This document shows, piece by piece, positions 54,801 to 64,000 of a DNA stretch of 64,000 nucleotides. The stretch comes from Lingula anatina. Lineage: Eukaryota > Animalia > Brachiopoda. The position numbers and the translations under genes are program-made. The stretch's first letter is position 1; each line of letters begins with the position of its first letter. The notes beneath the pieces were generated by a model, which was not told the origin of the DNA, made no database searches, and saw nothing but the letters and a program-made list of their open reading frames with translations. The stretch is from the NCBI GenBank assembly GCA_051362555.1, contig CM120646.1, forward strand, positions 4,960,001-5,024,000, written 5' to 3'.

Positions 54801-57599
54801 AGAAGAAGTATCAGTGCTAAAGGAAAAGTTATTACAACAGCCTTGCCCAAGCAAAGTAGCCTCTTCAGCAAATTTAAGGACAAAAAGGAGAGAAAAAACA
54901 TGGATAAATCTCTTTAATGCTCTCTTAGGGGGCTTCCTTTCCTTTGGCTTTAGGCAGCAGTCTGTTTACACCGCTCCCACTAATTTCCTCCTTCAAATAT
55001 TAACCGATTTATCCCAATTGATTTTTCTCTCTCCAAATGTTAGCAGAGGGAAACCCAATGGGATAGGTGATCTTTAAACTCCTTCCTGTCCTCACAGCAA
55101 AAAGTGGTCTTCGAATTAGTTCTCCATTCAGCGTAATCATTTCTTAAATTCATACTTTTTATTCAGAGCTATTTTCTTTAAGGTGGTCCTGATATGTAGT
55201 GCCAGTTAAATTGACTAGCCATCATTTTATAGCTCCTATGGGCATTGGAGGACCCTAGGTGACATCCCTGCAGAATGATGTGTGTGGCAACTGTAGTCTC
55301 CCAGGTAGACAGAGTAATGATGTAACTAGACGCATTCACATCAAAATCAACTTAAAACAAACTATACTGCATCACTTGACACGCAGAAAAAATTGAACAT
55401 GTAAAGAACTTCTGTGTGATCACCTTTTTTTTCTTTTAAACCCATGACAAGCCATCTGTCTGTCTGATGACATCATCTCGATTCTGCCCCAAGTTGGTTC
55501 CAGTGTGAATGTTTCCAGGAACATATTTTACTGAACAAACTGTGTATACCTTCTGACACAGCAGGCACAAAGTAAGTCAAAAGGTTTTGAAATTTGACAG
55601 AAAACACCGCCTTTTGCATGGTGTCCCTCAGTACAACTTTTACCATCAATGAAGTACTTTATGAAAAATGACCTCCAATCTCTTACAGTGGATGACATTT
55701 CAAAGATCAATAGGAACTAGAAGAATAGAATTTTAATGCATCTTACCTCAACTTTTGGAGAAAATGTCCTTTAAAATCTTCTCATTGAAAGGTCTGCAAT
55801 GAAATAAAGGGTGTTCTTTAGGTGTTGAAGTAAATGGTCAACAGTTAAAGTACATCATTTCTCAGAGTGGTAAACATTGATACAACTGTAGAATATTTAA
55901 CTAAACATAGCATAAACATAAGATGAGATGTGTTGATTAAAACTGTCAACGCCTCTATTTGCCAACAACTTTAACATGGCTACCCAATGGTCAATAGAAC
56001 TAGTAATGGTCAGCGCAATGACAACGTCCACTGAGCAGAAGTAGATTTAACTCAAGCAGTGCATTAAACAAAAATCATGAAATGTTTCATAAACAGTATG
56101 TTACCTCCATTGAAAAGAAACTGGCAAAGTCAAAGCTTGGAGTGACAAACATTTTGAACCTTTTCTGCTGAACTGATATTTCTACTTCTCACACTCTGGG
56201 TCTCTCATAATGCAATTTATTGATTGGTTTCAGAATTTCCAATACCCCATGCATATTCTAACTACCACAGGCTAAGCCTGACTTATACCAGCTCTTTCTA
56301 GATTTCTCCTTCAATCTTTCAATAAAAACAAACTTTCCAGAAGACAACAAAAAGTCTGCACAGGTCAGGTAATTTCCACATTAAATCTACTATTACAATT
56401 ACATGCCCAATAAGACTTGGTTTTGAAGTGTACATCGCTAACAGGAAGTCTGCCAAGATGGCTGGACCTCTTGCTTCTCTTTTAACTTCCAGAGACAGTT
56501 CAATTACTTTAATGTCATATTCCTGACATTAGCCAATATTCCAAACAAACAAAGTCGGAAAACAAGGTTAACATCAGACCCCCTGAGATCACAAACATTT
56601 ATCTTTTTTGGATCGAAAAAAAAAAATTAAACATGCAGACTGTCGATCCCACAACATTCAGACAATTTCAGATAACTTCTCCTTGCTTCCTAGATCTATC
56701 TTATCCCAACCTTTCGAATTCCTTTATTGAAAATGTCAGGTATGCCTAATATCCCATAGAAATTCAGCAGTTTTGAAGCCAACTTGAAGTTAGACCCCAG
56801 CGGATTGGAATCAACAACAGGTGCCCCCAGACATTACACAATATTGACAACTGCTGGGGCTCCAGGGGTGCCACAATTACGTTTGCCTAACTCAATTAAC
56901 CATTAATAATCAAACCCAATAACTTCTCCATTCTCTATTTAATTCTACATACTGCGTATATTGAAAAATGTGACCAATAATTAATGAACGGAGTTACACT
57001 GTTCCTGGACATACAAAAAAAGAGATTTCAATTTTTTCTATGTAATTGCTTTTAAATGTTTTTTAAACTGTTCTTGATTAAATCAATGTCATGTTGTTTT
57101 CCCTGACATTTCTTGGATTTTTTTTCTGCTAAAAACCTTGATCTTAATGCTCCCCCTTAATGTGCATACCAGTGCATACCAAAAATCTGGTGATGAAAAC
57201 TTTATTGTATAATTCTAAATGTAGCTCTCAACCCAGACTAACGACCAATATTTCAATTATTGCGGTAAAGTAAACAAATTTTTTAAATTCTCTTTATTCA
57301 TTATCTTAAGCCCTCTTAAGTACAGTGCCAAGTGCTAGCAGTGGAGTCTTATCTACTTATTCAGGAGTGAAGTGTTTAAATGAAAATTAAATTGTTTACC
57401 TTGGGATTTTATCAAGTGAGGGGCGGTGGAAAATGCTGCTTGTTCAAAGTAGTTTTTGGTGTTAAATGAAAATAAGTCCATGAATATCAACTTCCAAACC
57501 ACATCTAAATCAGCAGGGTCCGTTACATCTTAATGCAATCTCTACGCACCAATGATTACACTCTACAAACACTGTATTCCTCAGGGTGTTATATTTTTC

Positions 57600-57850
57600 A
57601 TCCCAGCACTACCTCACCCTTCGTTTCCAGGGTACACTGTGTCTTCACCCTTAACACCATTCATCGGTCAAATTCCTACATCACCCCAATTCCCCGGGTA
57701 CCACATATCTTCACTCTCATTTGTAACCAGCACCATAACTCTGAAATTCACCTCAATCTCCAGGGTACAAGACATCTTTAATATAAACTGTAACCAGCAC
57801 TACATCTCTAAAACCCACCTCAAACCCCAGGGTACAGACATCCACATATC
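57600..57850. repeat. Degenerate minisatellite, period about 67 bp, about 4 copies
   Basis: The gggtac anchor ends at 57635, 57701, 57768 and 57835, and the block tgtaaccagcac is shared. Confidence 0.7.
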
Positions 57851-60002
57851 CACATTTCAAACTAGAGTCCAACTTGACAATAACATTACAAACACTCCAC
57901 TTTAGATTATCAACAACTCCTTCACTGTTCCCATCCCCACTTGACAGAAGCTCAAGTGTTGGATTTGGTCGACTTATAAGAGCCTCATTGAAAACTGAAC
58001 ACACTGCAGAGACACTGATAGCTACCAAGGGCACAGATCACAAGGGACCCTTAAAAAGTTTGAATCTGAAGTAGTTTTAACGATAAGGCCAATGCAAATT
58101 GTTAATACAGCGAACCTATCATGTTTATAAAGTTTCAGTTTTGCTTCATGCTCCAGAATACTTGTGACTGTTAATTCTAGCAGTGGCTTGCTTGCTCATG
58201 AAGAGCAGGTGTCATTTCACTTGATAAGTCCTTCTTTTTTTTTTTTTTCCTTGACTAGTGTGTCATGTATTCATTGAGCTTCTCTAATTTTGTGGTTTCC
58301 CCTCATCAAGAACACATAAAAACAGCACCATACTAAACAACACAGACTAGAGTTATGTTCTCCCGAATCATTCACTCAACATGAACTTTTTAAAGAAGAA
58401 TCCACCCCTGGCCAAAATCGATCTAATGAAGTGCTGGTTCTGAAGAAGAGATAGTGTAACGGGATTGGAAAAAATGAGATAACAAGAGATAAACCCCAGC
58501 ACTTGCCCTTTTGTATGTTATAGTCACATTACTCCCGACCTGCGACCTTATAAAGTAGATTACATTAACTCACGATATGATAGGCTACAGAGACTGCGAG
58601 CTAACTACAGTTGTAAGTGTGCTTAACATTTGCCTGCTAAGAGGCATATAATGGTCTGTTGAAAGTCTTTAAGTAGCAATATTTCACTTTAACGGGGAAA
58701 CAATTAAAGTTGTCTGTGAAAAAGTTCCAAATATAAAACACCATAAATATATCTGTCTCAGGGCTAAATTATAAAAGCTCTTCCAAAGATAGATTAAAAG
58801 ATTCATAAAATCAGTTGTTATGGCAACAACTGTAGACAAATTAGTGAACAAAACAAAAGCTTTCATATCATGTTTAAAATTTTACTTTTTAAAATTTTTT
58901 AAAATCAGTTTGCCTTATAAATTAAGTAATACAAGTTAAATCATTTCCTTTGAAAAATAACAAAGATGTAAGTCACCATTAACAAGTTGTCTGAGATTTG
59001 TGAACCCTGATAAATAAGAAACAACTGTTTCTAATCACAAAAAAGAGAAAAAAATGAATTTTTTTTCTGAAATCTGTTTCAACCCTAAAATCAGAAAATA
59101 CACATTTTACCAAACATTGCGATGGTCACTAGATAATTTTGAATGTACGTTGTACCTAGTTCAACATCTTACAACACGTCTTACAACTCATCTTCTTACA
59201 ACACATACACAAGCAGACAGAACAAGTACCTGTACACATATCCAATATCCTCCAACCAGTGTCCACTCCCAAATAAAATACCCCAACTGCCAGGGGACAA
59301 TTAAACCAGAAAATCTGAACATTCTTGTCCTGAAACACGACCCTCCACGTGTCTACAGCAGTCTGTGCCGCAACAAGTGACAAACACAGGAAATATATTT
59401 GTCAGTTTTCACCCCTGTAAGTTTCAATGCCCCATGGCTTACGCCCGGGAGCAAAAATTAACTCACTTGATAGGTGTGAACCCGCTTGAACCTCGGCACC
59501 GATATTTCAATATTTTTGCCCCCTTTGTTTTCCCAGACTGCAAACATTGGTTGCAATATCTAAAGAAAACACCAGCGGGATCTATTTTGTTAGCTGTGAG
59601 CACTGAGCCGCAGGCTATGGTGGGTAAGAATGGGGGTGGGGCACGCAGAAGTGACCAACTTTGTTTTTCAGACGCAAACACACAAGTCGTCTTGACGATT
59701 GTTCTTGATCATACATTTCCTTCAGATGTGGATTAAGGAACAGAATCACACAAATTCACATTTATTTCAACTACACCTAGAAATTAATTATAATCTGTAG
59801 ATTAAGGTGAATAAGAAGTTCTGAATAAGTTCTATACATCAGCTGTAACAAAACGAAACTTTCTAACACATTCTCCCAAACGTCTCATATAGAGCAACAG
59901 GTCATAGTAAATAAACGCCCCAGGGTAGAAGCTGTAAGGAAGAAGCAATGAACACTTCGCTTATTATAAATAATTCATAAGGGCATCTGGACACTTGGCT
60001 TA

Positions 60003-60218
60003 AGGCGTATTCCCAGAGCTTTTAGATCGATCTATCCCCACGGGGAGTCTCACTAGATAATTCAGATAAGTCTCGGCTTAAATGTCCGTCCCGCCTACTA
60101 CAAGCTGTAAGGGGGTAATGAACTTTCGTGTCCGCATGGCTGACAGCTATTTAGCGTGAACCCCCAGAGAGTTAGGTCGATCTAAAGTAGATCAATCTAA
60201 TCTCTGGGAATGGGGTCT
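60003..60218. mobile_element. About 216-bp MITE with imperfect TIR of about 30 bp (Harbinger-like)
   Basis: attcccagag..ttagatcgatcta is inverted against tagatcaatctaa.ctctgggaat. TA/TWA flanks. Confidence 0.65.
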
Positions 60219-60246
60219 TAGACACATTCAGATACACCAATCGTAC

Positions 60247-60430
60247 TAGCTGGGTCAGTCCAACTTTGTGTGGGATTCTCGCTAAATTGCAATCAGTGGA
60301 ATCAGCTTCATTGTCTGACACCTCACCTCCTCGCGCACCTAGAGGGTAATTAACTACCATGTGCCAATTAAGCCGATTCCAGCTTTTGCACTTAAGCCAG
60401 GAACCCCAAAGACTTGGACTGACCCAGCTA
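60247..60430. mobile_element. 184-bp MITE with TAG...CTA ends (Academ-like)
   Basis: Perfect 17-bp TIR tagctgggtcagtccaa / ttggactgacccagcta, with GTAC on both flanks. Confidence 0.75.
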
Positions 60431-63161
60431 GTACAATGTGTGAATCTGTATGCACCATATAATTCAGAATTTCAGCTGGCTACAGTAAAGGGGTAGCACT
60501 TCTTTGCTTTTCAGATTTAAAGATATACATATTTATATTGAATATCACAATCACAGAGCTCACAATTATACTCAAAGACTTTCAGGGCCAAAAGCACTGT
60601 CCACCTTAAACTAAATTTTGGACATTTCCACATTGTGAATTTCTGAATGACTTCTACCCAGCAGTTGCGTATATTATTTTGTAATATCTCAATAACAGAA
60701 CAACAATGGATATTTTTATCGGCCTCCCACACTCTCCCCGAGCTATACAGCATTTCCCTACAGGATAACAATACCAGCGACCCTTGCAATGATTGGCTAG
60801 TGCCAAAAAGAACTAAAGATTTCATTATTTCTCTGCTATTGAATACCTAATAATAACATTTATCAGTTTCTGGTTACTTTTTTATCAGAAATAAGCCACC
60901 CAAGGCTGTGGGAGGGATTGTGGTCAAGGTACAGTAATCTTTATATAACACTGGGCATATGAATTGTCAATTTTATGGTGTTATACATCTCAATTACATC
61001 ACACACTTTGCAACATATACATTTTTTTTACATGATGCTATGTTAGTTTTACCAGTGATTTCTTCATTTTTTCAAAGCCAATTGCTACCTTTCAGATTTT
61101 TGATATATGTTTTCTTTATTATTTGTAAAACTCCTGAACTTATAGCTTATTATTTAATTTCCTCATAATTTGTCATCAACTGTGTCCCAATAACCATTAT
61201 ATAACCTGCTCCTATCCCATAATAATCTTACACATTCTATCCCATAATATATCCCAGCTGCTTCTTTTTTTATATTCTGAAAATTTCCCCAGTGCCTGAG
61301 GCTGTTATTCTGGCTTCTGCCACAACTGCCAGACAACATATTCCCAACTGTTTCAGAGCAGCGGCTGACTACGCAGTTTCTACAAAATTGGCTCTGTTTG
61401 TGGCAGTTTTATGGTTTCTTGCTGTGTTACTGTTGGTTCCAACACCGACTGTTCAAATGCAACAAATTGTGTCAAAGAGAGCAAATCAAATTAAATTTTC
61501 TATGTGGATTTTTTTCCAAAAGAAAGAAGTTATAAAACCAGATAAATGCATGTATCACCTTAAATCAATTCCTATTGCCATCATCAGTAAGGCTGGCTTA
61601 GTCTGAAGACATTTCTTCAACATAAATATTAGTACTTTCAGGCCATCATTTTTTTTTTTTTTTACACATTTATAAAATATGTTTATGTGCATTTTTCTAC
61701 ACATTGTTTAGAATTCCCTGTATACTTCCTATCCAGCATAACATAAAAATAGCATTAAAAAGAAAACAAAGAATGAAGAAAAAAATATTATAAAAGTTCC
61801 TCTAAAATTACCCTCATTGGAAATGGGCAGGTAGTGGCTCGAGATCTCTACGCCCATGTCCACTTGTCAGAATGTCTGTACATAATCACAATCAAAGCAC
61901 CAACATGGTGAAATTAACACCCAAAGTGCAGGCCAGAAATTTACTCCCTAATCTATCCCCTTACTGGCAATTCCAATTCTAAACCCAGAGGTGTGTTTCT
62001 TATTTTCCTGGGAATGAAAGCTTTGATCTGGGCTTTCTTTTCACAGGGGGAGTCAAGGGGAGAGAGGTCCTGTTCAAATTCACAAATAATTGGGTAAAGG
62101 TATTGGGCAACACTACAAACTATTGGGAGAGAGGCTGGAAATGGGGGTAACAAGTGATAAAGGGATTGTAAAATTGCAGTTGTATTGGACAAGAGGGTGA
62201 AGACCAGGGTGTGTGTGACATGAAGCTTTTCACAGCAATATATCATGTATCTGAGAGGTGGAGGATGGGATAAACAGCAAATAACAGTTGAAAACAAAGA
62301 ATACACAGCATTTTGATACTTCAGGAAATGTTAATACGAAGTTCAAAACTAAGCAGAACAAGCTATTGTTCTGCAAACCACGCCTACCCTAAATATTTCA
62401 TTTTTTTTCAAAACGTAAATTCCAACCCACATCAACCAAAGGCATCGGAAAATATCAGACGGAAGACTTCTGCAACATCCCCCCAAAATGAACATGACTT
62501 TACCTTCAAAATGTGACCATTATTTCTTCCAGTCTCTGACCTCCATCTTCTCCCCAGTCAACTAGTCTGGCATCAATGAAGGAACAAGCCTCCGCCTGGC
62601 AGGGGAGCCCTCCAATGGCAACTGTTTCATCATGTCAAATCACCACCACTCCATATTGCAGAGGGCAGAGAGAGAGAGAGAGAGAGAGAAGGGAGAGAGG
62701 AGGTATGGAGGGAGGGTTGCAAGTCAATGTACCCTGAGTTTTATTCTAGCAGAAAATAATCTTGTTTTCCAAGAAATCCCACTTACCTTCAGCCAAAAAA
62801 GCTGACAGTCAGGCAAGAAAGGGAGAAGAACGCATTTATGTCTTTTAGAACAACTGGAACCCCTGGAAACTAGGACAATGTCACTCTCACAGACACACTT
62901 TTCTTCAAAATGTCCAGAAGAAATTAAATGTTATGAGTAATGCAGTCCCACAGACCACTGCACCGGCACCCTGATGGTAGGAGAACTGAACAAATAACAT
63001 ATCATTTGTGCTCTGTGCCAAAAATAAGAGCCATGTTCAGTCCATTGGCCATCAGCCGGAGATGGAAGACAGCTGCTGCTACATATTTCAGTCAGTTTAA
63101 GAAGGCATCTGTTTTTCTTTTTATTTTTTCCAGTAACATTCATAAGTAAAAATCTTTCAAA

Positions 63162-63320
63162 AACTAGAGGATCAGAGAGGCGATACCGCCTCCGGATATT
63201 GTACCACCAGCTGGAGTAAGCGCATTCGTATGGACCCCCCACCCAAAAAAAGGGACTCCACCACCAGTCTTGTGCTTGACAAGCTCTATAAAATGCAATC
63301 AACAAGAATTCTCAAAATAT

Positions 63321-63362
<42 letters not shown>

Positions 63363-64000
63363 AAATATGGTACAATCAAAGTTCAGTTCATCGTAAAAAG
63401 TAGGTCAAGGGTCCAGTAAATTGCCTCTTATGACTTTCTATTCCAGGTCAATAGTAAATATGGACCTATCTCTGCCAGTTTTGGAGAGAAAAGGGAACAA
63501 AATTTGCAAAGTTCAATTCATGGTTAAAAGTAGGTCAAAGGTCAATTCAAGGTCACATTTAGATTGCCAGTATATGACTTTCTACTCAAGTTCAATAGTA
63601 ACCATGGACCTATCTCTGCCAGTTTTGGAGATAAAAGGGAACAAAATTTGCAAAGTTCAATTCATGGTTAAAAGTAGGTCAAAGGTCAATTTAAGGGTCA
63701 CAGTAAATTGCCTCGTATGACTTTCTATTCAAATTCAATAGTAACTCTGGGCCAGTATGTGACTTCCTATTCAACTTTAATAGTAACTATAGACCTATCT
63801 CTGCCAGTTTTGGAGATATAAGGGACTAAATGTTATAATTTTCACAACCACAATGTACTTTTTGATACAGTATAACTCGAAAACTGTATGGAATACAAAA
63901 AAACGGAGACCATCTGCAGTGTTAGGCTTTACATGCTCTACAAAATGCAAAAAAGAACAGGTCTCTAGCATTAATGGTTCCCGAATTATAGACAGTTTTC
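63162..64000 (+). mobile_element. Helentron/HINE-like non-autonomous element with internal 130-144-bp tandem cores, truncated by the window end
   Basis: Starts aactag after an A-run, hairpin gaggcg-atac-cgcctc at 63177-63192, poly(A) at 63322-63360, cores starting at 63377, 63507 and 63651 with aggtcaa/aaggtca and tatgactt..tatt..aatagtaa motifs. Confidence 0.65.

Overview
AT-rich, CpG-depleted animal genomic DNA, probably from a lophotrochozoan such as a mollusc (inferred from repeat style). The window is dominated by one large minus-strand gene for a cell-surface Ig/FN3 protein of the Ihog/BOC/CDON Hedgehog co-receptor family. I assembled 11 coding exons from 30797 down to 3797 (2050 nt, about 683 aa, all GT-AG, all phase 1). 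Two of them, the signal-peptide exon and the Ig2 C-half exon, are not recovered in frame by the ORF track. The gene continues past position 1, and its non-coding first exon(s) lie above 30873. The main surprise is the domain order SP-Ig1-Ig2-Ig3-Ig4-FN3-linker-Ig: an extra Ig follows an Ihog-Fn1-like FN3 whose ligand/heparin surface looks altered. Introns hold many non-autonomous TIR elements: a 2.8-kb Sola-like element, a 168-bp MITE family, Harbinger-, Academ- and hAT-like MITEs, and a Helentron/HINE-like element with tandem cores at the right edge. There are also micro/minisatellites and candidate regulatory motifs (RFX X-boxes, a duplicated Pbx/Meis decamer). I found no transposase, RNA gene, CRISPR array or second protein-coding gene.
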